From Alphaproteobacteria bacterium (GTDB lineage: Bacteria; Pseudomonadota; Alphaproteobacteria; Rickettsiales; UBA3002), in NCBI GenBank assembly GCA_033763655.1, contig JANRKD010000001.1, forward strand, positions 23 to 64,022: a stretch of 64,000 nucleotides of DNA. Direction: 5' to 3'. Positions 27,082-37,005 of this stretch are shown one piece after another. The position numbers were made by a program, and so were the translations under genes. Every line of letters begins with the position of its first letter. Within the stretch, counting starts at the first letter, position 1. The notes beneath the pieces were generated by a model. It searched no databases and was not told where the DNA came from. It saw nothing but the letters and a program-made list of their open reading frames with translations.

Positions 27082-27975
27082 ATGATTATCAAAAGCGCAA
27101 CGCTCAAAACCCTGCTCGCAGGGTTCACCAGCCTCTACAGTGCCTCGCTGACGGCCGCCACGGTTAACTATGAAAAAGTGGCCATGGTCGTGCCCAGCAC
27201 TACCAGCGAGCAGAAGTATGGTTGGCTCGGTCAGTTCCCACGCTTTCGTGAATGGATCGGCGATCGGGTCATTAATAACTTGAAGGAACATGGCTATGCC
27301 ATTGTCAACAAAACCTTCGAAACCACCATCGCCGTGAAGCGTGAAGACATCGAGGACGATAACATCGGCCAGTATTCTCCGCTGTTCCAAACCCTCGGTG
27401 ATGATTCGGCGAAGCATCCCGATCAGCTTGTGTTTGAATTGTTAAAGGCAGGCTTTGCCACGAAGTGTTATGATGGCCAGTTCTTCTTTGACACCGATCA
27501 TCCGGTTATTGACGAGAACGGCGTCGAGCAATCCGTATCGAATAGCGGTGGTGGCGCGGGTAATGCCTGGTTCCTGCTCGACGTTTCGAAGCCGATCAAG
27601 CCTGTTATCCTGCAGAAGCGCCGCGATTACGCGTTGACGGCCAAGGATAATCCTGAGGATGAAAACGTCTTCATGCGCAACGAGTTCGTCTATGGCGTTG
27701 ATGCGCGTGTCAACGTTGGTTTCGGCCTCTGGCAGCTGGCTTATGGTTCCAGACAGCCGCTCGACGTTGCGGCTTACGAAGCTGCCCGCGCTTCCGTTCT
27801 GTCGCGCACTGGCGATCACGGCAAGAAGCTGGCTCTCAACCCGAACCTTCTGGTGGTTGGCCCCTCGAACGAGGGCAAGGCGCGCCGCCTGGTGAAGGCT
27901 GAGAAGGATGCCAACGGTGCCGATAATGTTTGGTACGGCACCGCTGAGGTTCTTGTTGTTTCATGGCTCGATTAA
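27082..27975 (+). CDS. Major head subunit (Mu gpT-like)
   Basis: 297 aa at the gpT position, with an EQKYGWLGQFPRFREWIGDR block. Confidence 0.8.
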   Translation: MIIKSATLKTLLAGFTSLYSASLTAATVNYEKVAMVVPSTTSEQKYGWLGQFPRFREWIGDRVINNLKEHGYAIVNKTFETTIAVKREDIEDDNIGQYSPLFQTLGDDSAKHPDQLVFELLKAGFATKCYDGQFFFDTDHPVIDENGVEQSVSNSGGGAGNAWFLLDVSKPIKPVILQKRRDYALTAKDNPEDENVFMRNEFVYGVDARVNVGFGLWQLAYGSRQPLDVAAYEAARASVLSRTGDHGKKLALNPNLLVVGPSNEGKARRLVKAEKDANGADNVWYGTAEVLVVSWLD

Positions 27976-27986
27976 GTGAGGTTCAC

Positions 27987-28262
27987 ATGGCAATCGCATT
28001 TAAAGTGAAGGCTAAAATTCAAGGGTTCCGCCGTGCGGGCTTCAAGTTCAGTTCCACGGAAGAAACCGTCCTCCTGCTCGATCAACTCTCTAAGGCCCAG
28101 GTGGAGGCGCTCAAGGCTGAGCCCAACCTCCTGGTGTCGGAGATTGAAATCGAAAAGGAAAAGTCGCCGAAGGGCGATGACAAGAAAGCCGCTGGCGAGG
28201 GCAAAGCTTCCGCCGACGACAAGAAGACCGCTGGCGGCAAAACTGCCGGCACCAAGGCTTAA
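27987..28262 (+). CDS. Small head-region protein with Lys/Ala-rich tail
   Basis: MAIAFKVKAKIQGFRRAGFKF... then KGDDKKAAGEGKASADDKKTAGGKTAGTKA. Confidence 0.5.
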   Translation: MAIAFKVKAKIQGFRRAGFKFSSTEETVLLLDQLSKAQVEALKAEPNLLVSEIEIEKEKSPKGDDKKAAGEGKASADDKKTAGGKTAGTKA

Positions 28263-28286
28263 TCAGCTCCTACCTGGTTAGCAACG

Positions 28287-28316
28287 GGTGGCGGTCGGGT
28301 AACACCGGCCGCCACC
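28287..28316 (+). terminator. Stem-loop between the head and connector modules
   Basis: GGTGGCGG...CCGCCACC 8-bp outer stem plus an inner CGG/CCG pair. Confidence 0.35.
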
Positions 28317-28335
28317 TCAATCAAAAGAGAGATCG

Positions 28336-28755
28336 ATGGCATACGCAACACAGGCAGACATGGAGAAGCGCTACGGCGAGCATCTGCTCGTCGAGCTGAC
28401 CGACCGTGCGCCCGAGCCCGCCGGTGCCATCGACACAGCCATTCTAAGCGCTGCCCTGGATGATGCCTCGGCCCTGATCGATTCCTACGCGGGCAGGCGC
28501 TATCAACTGCCGATTATCCCTGCACCAATCGTGCTGCGCAATGTGTGTTGTGCCCTGGCATTCTTCGACCTGCATCGCGGCCGCTACGCTGAAGAGACCC
28601 GCGTGGCCTATGACGACGCCCTGCGCACCCTAACCAATATCTCGACCGGCACCATCAAGCTCGATGTCGCCGGCACCGAGCCGCAATCCGCAGGCGCGCA
28701 GATCGGCTACTCCGAAGCACCCCGCCAATTCAGTCGCAAGAAGGGGGAGTGGTAA
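28336..28755 (+). CDS. Mu gp36-like (DUF1320) head-tail connector protein
   Basis: MAYATQADMEKRYGEHLLVELTD is the typical DUF1320 N-terminus. Confidence 0.7.
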   Translation: MAYATQADMEKRYGEHLLVELTDRAPEPAGAIDTAILSAALDDASALIDSYAGRRYQLPIIPAPIVLRNVCCALAFFDLHRGRYAEETRVAYDDALRTLTNISTGTIKLDVAGTEPQSAGAQIGYSEAPRQFSRKKGEW

Positions 28756-29243
28756 TGGACGGCGCAAGCATTCGCTACCATGGCGATAAAAAGATTCTCA
28801 AGCTGCTCGACAAACTGGTCTCGCCACAGATGCGCCAGCAACTGCTCGACGCCATCGCCGCTTACGGCGTCAGCAGCACCCATCAGCGCTTCCTCGACCA
28901 GACTGGGCCGGATGGCGTGAAGTGGAAGAAAAGTCGCCGCGCCGAATCGACCGGCGGCCAGACCTTGCGTCTGACCGCGCGGCTGTTCCAATCGTTGGTC
29001 TCCGAGGCGACGCCGACCAGCGCCGCATGGGGCACTAACGTTGCCTATGCCGGCATCCACCAGCTCGGCGGTGTGATCAAGGCGAAGAGTGCCGAGTTTC
29101 TGACCTTCCGAGGTCTCAATGGCGGCTTCACCCGCGTGAAGCAAGTCGTCATACCTGCGCGTCCCTATCTGGGAATCAGCGCCATGGACAGTGATCGCAT
29201 CGACCGCATCGCCGGCGACTGGGTGGAAGGGATGGCGCAATGA
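28755..29243 (+). CDS. Mu gpG-like virion morphogenesis protein
   Basis: HQRFLDQTGPDGVKWKK...AYAGIHQLGG pattern. Confidence 0.7.
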   Translation: MDGASIRYHGDKKILKLLDKLVSPQMRQQLLDAIAAYGVSSTHQRFLDQTGPDGVKWKKSRRAESTGGQTLRLTARLFQSLVSEATPTSAAWGTNVAYAGIHQLGGVIKAKSAEFLTFRGLNGGFTRVKQVVIPARPYLGISAMDSDRIDRIAGDWVEGMAQ

Positions 29244-29851
29244 TCACCAACATCGAGAACGCCATTATCGCCCGTATTCAGGCCGCGCAAGACGCGCCGG
29301 GCGTAAGCGGCCTGGGCTACAAGCTCAGAAAGCTTGCCACCTATGGCGGTGAATTCGCCGACGGCATCGACCGTATTGTCACCGATTTTCCGGCTATTCT
29401 GGTGGCCTTTAACGGCGCACAGCTGCAGCAGGAGGCCCGTGTCTCTTTTGCGCTGAAGGCAACCTTCGGCCTGATCTGTTGCTCCACCTCACTACGCAAC
29501 GAAAAGACCGCCCGCCACGGCGTCGCCGGTAAAGTCGGCAGCTACCAGCTGGTGATGGACGTGATTGCGCTCCTTGCCGGTCAGAAGCTCGGCCTGGACA
29601 TTATGCCACTCAAACCGGCAGCGATCCGTCCCCTGATTAATGACAAAGCCGGCGCTCAGCTGGCCAGTGTCTATGCCGTGGATTTCGACACCATCTTCCG
29701 CGTCGAGCCAAGTGACGCATCGAGCATCGACGATTTCCGCACCTTCGCCCCGGCTTGGGACATCCCGCCGCACGGCAACGTCCAGCCGCCGCTGCCAGCC
29801 GCAGAAGCTGACGCCCACGATCACATCACCTTACCCATTCAAGGAGAATAG
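29240..29851 (+). CDS. Mu gp37-like (DUF1834) protein
   Basis: MITNIENAIIARIQAA...KLATYGGEF N-terminal block. Mu order. Confidence 0.65.
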   Translation: MITNIENAIIARIQAAQDAPGVSGLGYKLRKLATYGGEFADGIDRIVTDFPAILVAFNGAQLQQEARVSFALKATFGLICCSTSLRNEKTARHGVAGKVGSYQLVMDVIALLAGQKLGLDIMPLKPAAIRPLINDKAGAQLASVYAVDFDTIFRVEPSDASSIDDFRTFAPAWDIPPHGNVQPPLPAAEADAHDHITLPIQGE

Positions 29852-29852
29852 C

Positions 29853-30059
29853 ATGAGCGAACCTAAATCCATTTTTGTCCGACCGAATGCTGGCGTGAAG
29901 GTATTCGACCCCGCCACCAAGGGCTTCCTGCCGGAGGAAGGCCTCCATGTCGTAGCCAGCACTTACTGGCTGCGCCGCATCAACGATGGCGACGTCAGCG
30001 TTGTCACTTCGGCTGCCCTTAAATCGACCGTTAAACCCAGCAACAAGAAGGACGCTTAA
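29853..30059 (+). CDS. Mu gp38-like (DUF2635) protein
   Basis: FVRPNAGVKVFDP...LPEEG..V....YWLRRINDGDV. Confidence 0.65.
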   Translation: MSEPKSIFVRPNAGVKVFDPATKGFLPEEGLHVVASTYWLRRINDGDVSVVTSAALKSTVKPSNKKDA

Positions 30060-30061
30060 CC

Positions 30062-31537
30062 ATGGCAATCCAGTTCAACCAGATCCCGGTCAACCTGCGT
30101 GTGCCCGGCACCTACATCGAGATTTCCAACGAGAAGGCAAATCGCGGCCTGAGCCAGTATCCGACGAAGGCGCTCGTGGTCGGCCAGAAGCTGGTGAGCG
30201 GCACCGCGACTCCGCTGACGCCGTACCTGATCACCAACATTGACACCGCCAAGACGCTGTTTGGCGCAGGCTCGCAGTTAACCCACATGCTGGAGAAGTT
30301 CAAGGAAGCCGATAACTTCCTGGAAGTTTGGGGCATTGCCCAGATCGATAATGCCATCGGCGTCCAGGCGACCGGCAAACTGTCAATCACTGGCCCGGCA
30401 ACCGGCGCTGGCACCATCGAGTTGTACGTCGCTGGTCGCAAGGTGCAGATCGGCGTCGCTGCCGCTGCCACCGCATCGACCATCGCCACCGCAGTGGCCG
30501 ACGCAATCAACGCGCTGACCAGCCTGCCCGTCACAGCAGCGGTCAACGGCATCAACAACTACGAAGTCGATGTCACCGCGCGCCATAAAGGCGTGAACGG
30601 CAATGCCATTGATCTGCGCGTCAACTTCTATCAGGACGAGATTCTGCCCGCCGGTGTCGGCGTGGCAATCACCGACATGGCGAACGGCGCAACGAACCCC
30701 GATCTGTCGGTCGTATTCGCGGCGCTCGGCGACGACTGGTACACCGATATCATCAGCGCCTACAACGACACGGCCAACCTGGTCGTGCTCGAGAATGCGT
30801 TGTCGGATCGTTTTGGCCCGCTCAAGATGCTTGAAGGCCATGGCTACATCGCCTATAGCGACACCCATTCCAATCTGGTCACGAAAGGTCAGGGCCGCAA
30901 CTCGCCGCATGTCTCCGCCATCGGCGCTAAAGGCTCGCCAACGCCCACCTACGAATGGGCGGCTTCACTCGGCGCCGTGTGCGCATCGAGCAGCAACAAC
31001 GATGCAGCTCGCCCGGTGCAACGTCTGGTGATGCCCGGCATCCTCGCACCAAAGATCGCGGATCGCTTCGACCTGGACGAGCGCAACATCCTTTTGTTCA
31101 ACGGCATCAGCACCTGGTATGCTCAGGTGGATGGCACCGTGATCACCGAGCGTGTCATCACTGGCTACCGCCTCAACATCGCCGGCGCGGCCGATCCGTC
31201 GTATCTCGACATTGAGACACTGAAAACGCTCTCCTACCTGCGCTACGACACCCGCACCCTGATCAACCAGCGTTTCCCGCGTTACAAGCTGGCGGATGAT
31301 GGCACCAACTTCGGCGAAGGCCAGGCCATCGTTACGCCGCGTATCATCCGTAACACGCTGATTGGCCGCTTCTTGCAGTGGGAAGAGAATGGCCTAGTCG
31401 AAGGGCGCGAGCAGTTCAAGAAGGATCTGCTCGTTGAGCGCGATGGCAGCGACCGCAACCGCGTCAACGCCATCATCCCGCCCGACATCATCAACCAGTT
31501 CCGTGTCTTCGCCGGCAAGGTCGAATTTTACCTCTAA
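30062..31537 (+). CDS. Contractile tail sheath protein (Mu gpL-like)
   Basis: 491 aa at the sheath position. N-terminal FNQIPVNLRVPGTYIEI. Confidence 0.85.
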   Translation: MAIQFNQIPVNLRVPGTYIEISNEKANRGLSQYPTKALVVGQKLVSGTATPLTPYLITNIDTAKTLFGAGSQLTHMLEKFKEADNFLEVWGIAQIDNAIGVQATGKLSITGPATGAGTIELYVAGRKVQIGVAAAATASTIATAVADAINALTSLPVTAAVNGINNYEVDVTARHKGVNGNAIDLRVNFYQDEILPAGVGVAITDMANGATNPDLSVVFAALGDDWYTDIISAYNDTANLVVLENALSDRFGPLKMLEGHGYIAYSDTHSNLVTKGQGRNSPHVSAIGAKGSPTPTYEWAASLGAVCASSSNNDAARPVQRLVMPGILAPKIADRFDLDERNILLFNGISTWYAQVDGTVITERVITGYRLNIAGAADPSYLDIETLKTLSYLRYDTRTLINQRFPRYKLADDGTNFGEGQAIVTPRIIRNTLIGRFLQWEENGLVEGREQFKKDLLVERDGSDRNRVNAIIPPDIINQFRVFAGKVEFYL

Positions 31538-31561
31538 TCGCAATGAGAAAGGCAACATCCT

Positions 31562-31936
31562 ATGTCCAACCGTAAAATCTTCGGCCGCGCACAGATCGTG
31601 ATCGATGGTCAGTTCTACGACACGTTACCTGGCGCACAGCTCGAAGTTGGCGGCCTGCGCAACGTTTCGCGGGCTTTCACCAACAGCATTAAATACAGCC
31701 AGAATCTCCAGCCATCGCGGGTGATTTGCTCAGTGCCCGTGACCGAGAACACCTCCATCATCGCTCTGGCACAAATGACGGAAGTTGAGATCCACTTCAC
31801 GTCGGATGCCGGCAAATCCTACATCGTCCGCAATGCGGTGCAGACCGGCGCGGTGACAGTTGCCGACGGCGATTCGGGCGGCGTCGCTCCGCTTGAGTTC
31901 AGCGGCGACCCGGCCGAGGAGGTAGCCAATGGATAA
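31562..31936 (+). CDS. Tail tube protein (Mu gpM-like)
   Basis: 124 aa directly after the sheath gene. Confidence 0.75.
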   Translation: MSNRKIFGRAQIVIDGQFYDTLPGAQLEVGGLRNVSRAFTNSIKYSQNLQPSRVICSVPVTENTSIIALAQMTEVEIHFTSDAGKSYIVRNAVQTGAVTVADGDSGGVAPLEFSGDPAEEVANG

Positions 31937-32309
31937 GGATGACATCTACAATCTGGACGATAACGCTGCCGGTGTTGCTGCTACCGCTCCTGACGAGATG
32001 CGTCATGAAAATGCCGATGGCTCGGTGACGCTCACCCTCAAATACCCTCCACGCGTAAAGTTCAGGCGTGAGGGAGAAGAGCGCGACGAAACCATCAGAG
32101 AGCTGCGCATTCGCCGCGCCAATGGCGGCGATCTACGGCAAGTGATCCGATTCCAGAAGGACGAAGAAAAAGTCGTAATGCTGCTGTTTGTGCGACTGAC
32201 GGGCTATCCCGATCCGGTTTTTGACAAGTTGGATGCAGAAGACGCCATGCGTTTCTTTGCCGAGGTGCAGGATTTTTTGGAACGTGCCCTGCCAACTGGG
32301 AAGAAATAA
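31929..32309 (+). CDS. Tail assembly chaperone (short, frame-0 product)
   Basis: 126 aa between the tube and tape-measure genes. Contains the slippery heptamer at 32273-32279. Confidence 0.7.
   Translation: MDKDDIYNLDDNAAGVAATAPDEMRHENADGSVTLTLKYPPRVKFRREGEERDETIRELRIRRANGGDLRQVIRFQKDEEKVVMLLFVRLTGYPDPVFDKLDAEDAMRFFAEVQDFLERALPTGKK
32273..32279 (+). other. -1 programmed frameshift site T TTT TTG (long product would end at 32449)
   Basis: X XXY YYZ heptamer in frame 0. The -1 frame is open from here to the TGA at 32447-32449 and reads ...IIAAVAHYFGFSAAEVMEMDVETLLWWNGQARKHYERA. Confidence 0.6.
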
Positions 32310-32408
32310 TTGCGGCAGTCGCCCACTATTTCGGTTTTTCCGCAGCCGAGGTGATGGAGATGGATGTCGAAACACTCCTTTGGTGGAACGGGCAAGCAAG
32401 GAAGCATT

Positions 32409-34136
32409 ATGAGCGGGCTGAATCTCAAACTGATACTGGAGGCGGTTGATCGGATCACCGCGCCGGTGCGCGCCATCAAAGCCAAACTGGTCGAGACGTT
32501 CAAGTCGGCGACCGCCGGTGCGCGGGCGCTCGCCGAACAGATGGACAAGGCCGGCAAGAAAGCGGCCGAGGTCGGCGGCTTCATGACGAGTCGCTTCTCG
32601 CTGCCCATACTGGGGATAGGAGCGCTATCGATCCGCTCGGCCGGACAGGTCGAAGAACTGACCATGCAGATGGAACATCTCGCTGGTGGCGCAGAAAAAG
32701 CCCGTGAGTTTGTGGGATCGTTACAGGGCTACATCGATAAATTCGGCACCGAGGAGTTGAGCAAGTCGGTGCAGTTAATGGAGACTGCCGGCTACAGCAT
32801 GGATGAAATCAAGAAGCGCATCGCCACTCTGGGTGATGTTGCTGCCGGCAGCCGCACCCCCCTTTCCGCGCTCACCGAGCAATACATCGATCTGCGCAAG
32901 GCCGGCAAAGTGAGCGATGGCGATCTGACCGCGATGATGAAAGCCAATATCCCTATCGTCGCTGAGTTGGCAAAGCAGCTTGGAAAAACAGATAAGCAAA
33001 TCATCAACATGGCGGCGAATGGCAAGATTTCGTTCGAGCAGTATCGCAAGGCGATGCAGGGATTGACTGAAGAAGGCGGCCGTTTCAACGGCGCAATAGA
33101 GCGGCAGGGCAAGAGCATTTTTGGCGTATTCAGGGAAATGGGATTTGCGCTGCGCAACTCGCTCGCCGATCTTGGCTTTGACCTGTGGAAGGATCTTAAC
33201 ATCGCCGATAGAATCACATCGATTACTTCTGCGGTGCGTGGGCTAATCGAAGGCTTCATGAGCTTGCCGAAATGGCTCAAGAGCAGCATCACCTGGTTCG
33301 TGCTGATTCTGGCGGTGATCGGCCCGGTACTGATGATCGTCGGCCAACTGACGGTCGGCGTAGCTGGTCTTCTGTTCGCCTTCGGCAAACTGCCTTTGAT
33401 GCTAATGGCAGTCACTCAAGGGTTACGCACGCTAATGCTGATTAACACGGTCGGGGCGGCAATCGGCAACTTCATCACCGCATTGCGCGCAGGCTATACA
33501 GTTATGGAGGCCTTCAATCTGGTCTTAGCGGCCAATCCTATTGTCATGATAGTGATAGCAATTACCGCATTGGCGGCGGCCGGGTATATGCTTTGGAAGC
33601 GTTGGGACAAGGTTAAAGCCTTCTTCAGTCGCCTTTGGAGTGTGGTTCGAAGCCACTTTATGGGCGGGATAAAGATCGCACTGGCAGTGCTTGCTCCATT
33701 CCTGTCTGTTCCCACGATACTTGTAAAACACTGGGGCGCAATCAGCGGATTTTTTGGCAGTCTATGGGGTGGCATCAAGGAAATATTCAAAGACGCTATC
33801 GACGGTGTTCTGGAATACCTGCAGCCCCTGATTGACGCGGTTAATATCGTGGTAGGTGGTCTGGCACAGATTGGAAAAAATGTTGCTGGCCGTATTGGCG
33901 GGGTGTGGAGACACGTCTCGGGCGATGCTCAGGCTGCATCGGCCGACAGCGGCGCTCATAATATCATCACCCCTGCGACACCGCACAGCGCACGCACCAG
34001 CAGGGTTGATGCCGGCGGCACCATCAATATCGCCATCGATCAGAACAACCGCGCCCGTGTCACCGAGGCGCGAAGCAACGACCGCCGTGTCAAATACCAG
34101 ACACCGGATACTGGCGCGCTGATGGGAGGCATCTGA
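32409..34136 (+). CDS. Tail tape measure protein
   Basis: About 575 aa, helical with a central hydrophobic block, downstream of the chaperone pair. Start set at MSGLNLKL. Confidence 0.8.
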   Translation: MSGLNLKLILEAVDRITAPVRAIKAKLVETFKSATAGARALAEQMDKAGKKAAEVGGFMTSRFSLPILGIGALSIRSAGQVEELTMQMEHLAGGAEKAREFVGSLQGYIDKFGTEELSKSVQLMETAGYSMDEIKKRIATLGDVAAGSRTPLSALTEQYIDLRKAGKVSDGDLTAMMKANIPIVAELAKQLGKTDKQIINMAANGKISFEQYRKAMQGLTEEGGRFNGAIERQGKSIFGVFREMGFALRNSLADLGFDLWKDLNIADRITSITSAVRGLIEGFMSLPKWLKSSITWFVLILAVIGPVLMIVGQLTVGVAGLLFAFGKLPLMLMAVTQGLRTLMLINTVGAAIGNFITALRAGYTVMEAFNLVLAANPIVMIVIAITALAAAGYMLWKRWDKVKAFFSRLWSVVRSHFMGGIKIALAVLAPFLSVPTILVKHWGAISGFFGSLWGGIKEIFKDAIDGVLEYLQPLIDAVNIVVGGLAQIGKNVAGRIGGVWRHVSGDAQAASADSGAHNIITPATPHSARTSRVDAGGTINIAIDQNNRARVTEARSNDRRVKYQTPDTGALMGGI

Positions 34137-35368
34137 TGGTCGATTTCCGCTCAGAACTGCGGTCTTCCAGTTTCCGTGGGATAGCCTTCGAGATGGTCGA
34201 TGATGATGCCGCCGGCGGCCGCCGGATCGTCACGCACGAATTTCCCGGCCGGGATGATCCTTTCCATGAAGATCTGGGCGCTGCGGTACGCGCGTTCTCT
34301 TTCCGCGCGGTCATCATCGGCTCTGGTTATGTCGCGCGCGCCGATGCGCTCGAGCAGGCTCTTCTGCAGGCGGGCGCTGCGACGCTCGTCCATCCGCATT
34401 ATGGCGAGATTCAAGTGGTCGTCAAAGACACCCGCCGGTCACACACAAATACCACCATCGGTTCGGTCGAGTTCAGCGTATCGGTCGAACGCTACAGCGC
34501 CACGGGTGGCATTACTGTCCTCGGCGATACAGCCCGCAAACTCACCTTCGCATCCAGCTCGATGGCTGATCTGGCAACCACGGATTTCCTCAGCGGCCTC
34601 GCAGAAGGGCCCTTCCCCAGCTTTGTCATGGCCGACGGCATCGTGCGCCTGAGCAGCTTCCTCTCCCTCGCACGCGACATGTTCCGCTTCAATAGCCTTG
34701 CCGGCATGCCAGCCTTGCCTACCTTCGGCGCGCTTGATGCCGGCGCAGCCGACCAGATTGCCACCCTGTTCAAGGGCGTGGTCGCCACCGCCCGGCCGCA
34801 AGAGATTCCGATTGTTGGCTCCGCGCCTGCCGTGGTGGCGGCGAACTCTGAGCCGATTAAGCTCATGCGCACTCTGGCCAAGATCGCCGATAGCAGTATC
34901 GATTCGTCCATCACGCCTTCCAGCCCGAGTCGGCAGGCGATGGTTGCCAACGCCACGGCGATCACCACCTTGGTTAAGACCCACGCCCTGGCTGCGGCCG
35001 CCGGCGTCGCGCGCTACGCCACTTACGACAGCCGCAATCAGGCAATCGAAACCCGCGATCTGCTCGCCGACAGTCTTGTATCCTTGCGCGATCGCCAGCT
35101 TACGGCCGGTCTCATCCCCGCCTGGCGCGCGACAACCGGTGTTCTGGTTGCCGTGACGGAAGACATCAACGATCGCATCGGCCGGTTGCCGCGCACGGTG
35201 AAAGTGCAAGGCAGCGCGGTGCGACCGTCTCTTGCGGTAGCCAATCGTCTCTATGGTAACGACAGCTCGATCATCTTTGACCGCGCGGCCGACATCGTAA
35301 AACGCAACAATATCCCGCACCCAGGCTTCATCGGGGCCAAGCCGCTGGAGGTGCTGATCAATGGCTAA
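34136..35368 (+). CDS. DNA circulation protein (Mu gpN-like)
   Basis: FRGIAFEMVDDDAAGGRRIVTHEFPGRDDPFHEDLG...LVHPHYGEIQV is the hallmark block. Confidence 0.85.
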   Translation: MVDFRSELRSSSFRGIAFEMVDDDAAGGRRIVTHEFPGRDDPFHEDLGAAVRAFSFRAVIIGSGYVARADALEQALLQAGAATLVHPHYGEIQVVVKDTRRSHTNTTIGSVEFSVSVERYSATGGITVLGDTARKLTFASSSMADLATTDFLSGLAEGPFPSFVMADGIVRLSSFLSLARDMFRFNSLAGMPALPTFGALDAGAADQIATLFKGVVATARPQEIPIVGSAPAVVAANSEPIKLMRTLAKIADSSIDSSITPSSPSRQAMVANATAITTLVKTHALAAAAGVARYATYDSRNQAIETRDLLADSLVSLRDRQLTAGLIPAWRATTGVLVAVTEDINDRIGRLPRTVKVQGSAVRPSLAVANRLYGNDSSIIFDRAADIVKRNNIPHPGFIGAKPLEVLING

Positions 35369-36452
35369 CAGAACCCCGAGCTTCGGACTGCGCCTGGGCG
35401 GCGATCTTTACACCGGTTGGACAGAGGTTTCTGTGACCCGCGACCTGACCCGCATGTCGGGCGATTTTTCGCTGCAGCTGTCGCGCAAAACCTCGGATGG
35501 CCAGACGCCGCAGGTTGAGCCCGGCCGGGCCGTCATTGTCGAGATTAACGACACTCCGGTGCTGAAGGGCTGGATCGACGTAAAAGCTGTGGCCTATGAC
35601 AAATCGCGTATCGACCTCACCATCTCCGGCCGCGACAAGATCGGCGATCTTATCGACTGCGCGGCTACGGTCGACGGGCCATTTGAATACAACAACATGC
35701 CGCTCGACACGGTAGTCGCGCGTATCTGCAAGCCCTACGCCATCGAGATCAAGAACGACCTGAAAAAAACGCCGACGGTGAAGCGGCTGGCAATTCAACC
35801 AGGCGAGAGTGCCTTCGATTTCATCGAGCGCGCTTGCCGCGCCTACGGTGTCATGCCGGTATCGGATGGCATCGGGGGGCTGGTGCTGACGACGCCGGCA
35901 TCCGAGCGCAGCATCGGGGCACTGGTTTATGGGCAGAACATTCTATCGGCCGACATCAATATCGATGCGACCGAGCGGCATAGCCTCTATGTCGTCAAAG
36001 GTCAGGGCGAAGCGGTGGACGCCGATAACACCGACTCCAGGCATATCGCCGGCGGTGAAGGGCGCGTAAGCGATTCTGAAGTGACACGCTACCGGCCGAA
36101 AGTGCTGGTCGGCGAGAATCAAGGCTACAGCGGCACCCTGACCGACCGCGCCATCTGGGAGCGCAAGGTCGACCGCGCGCGCGGCATGCGCGCCAGCTAC
36201 ATGGTGCAAGGCTGGTTCGCTGACGGCAGTTCACTTTGGAAATCCAACACGCTGGTGCAGGTGACCGACCCGGTCGCCGATATTAACCGCGATCTGCTGA
36301 TCACTGGCATGACCTTCGCGCGCGGCGCGCAGGGTACCACGACCCGACTGGAATGCGCGATGCCGGAAGCCTTCGACATCGATACTAAGGCGGCCGCTAA
36401 ATCCGGCGGTAAAGATGGAACCGGCACATTATGGGCGGATGACAATGGCTAG
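35361..36452 (+). CDS. Baseplate hub / tail protein (Mu gpP-like)
   Basis: 363 aa after gpN. Late-control-D-like layout. Confidence 0.75.
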   Translation: MANRTPSFGLRLGGDLYTGWTEVSVTRDLTRMSGDFSLQLSRKTSDGQTPQVEPGRAVIVEINDTPVLKGWIDVKAVAYDKSRIDLTISGRDKIGDLIDCAATVDGPFEYNNMPLDTVVARICKPYAIEIKNDLKKTPTVKRLAIQPGESAFDFIERACRAYGVMPVSDGIGGLVLTTPASERSIGALVYGQNILSADINIDATERHSLYVVKGQGEAVDADNTDSRHIAGGEGRVSDSEVTRYRPKVLVGENQGYSGTLTDRAIWERKVDRARGMRASYMVQGWFADGSSLWKSNTLVQVTDPVADINRDLLITGMTFARGAQGTTTRLECAMPEAFDIDTKAAAKSGGKDGTGTLWADDNG

Positions 36453-37005
36453 TGTGCGCGAAAGAGCAAAGAGCGTTGCCTCGGCCGTCCAACTGGTGAT
36501 CGGCCGCGCCGTGCTGTCGGCTGTCAATGACGCGACTAAGCGCCAGCTGGTTCAATTCGAAGCGCTTAAAGGAGAGATTAAAGACGGCGTTGAACGGATG
36601 CAGCAATATGGCTTCAGCAGCGTTCCGCTGGCCGGCGCGCAGGTGCTGTTCGTATGCCTGGGTGGCAACCGCGATCATCCGGTGGTCGTCAGCGTCGACG
36701 ATCCGCGCTTCCGCAAAAGCGGCATGGAGCCGGGCGAGGTGGCCATCTACACCGACGAGGGAGATTACATCCTGCTCAAGCGCGGCCGCACCATCGAAAT
36801 CGAAACAGTCAATCTGCTGGTGAAATGCAGTGAATCTGCGCGTTTTGAAACACCCATCCTTGAAGTCACCGGAGAAATTATTGATCATGCCGACACCGAC
36901 GGCGTCAGCATGAACGGCATGCGCAATATCTACGACACGCACACGCATCCCGAAAACAACTCTGGAAGCACCAATTCGCCAAACCAGCCAATGGGGACGC
37001 CATGA
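36445..37005 (+). CDS. Baseplate spike/assembly protein (Mu gp45 / gpV-like)
   Basis: VQFEALKGEIKDGVERMQQYGFSSVP..G...V..GGNRDHPVVV. Confidence 0.75.
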   Translation: MASVRERAKSVASAVQLVIGRAVLSAVNDATKRQLVQFEALKGEIKDGVERMQQYGFSSVPLAGAQVLFVCLGGNRDHPVVVSVDDPRFRKSGMEPGEVAIYTDEGDYILLKRGRTIEIETVNLLVKCSESARFETPILEVTGEIIDHADTDGVSMNGMRNIYDTHTHPENNSGSTNSPNQPMGTP

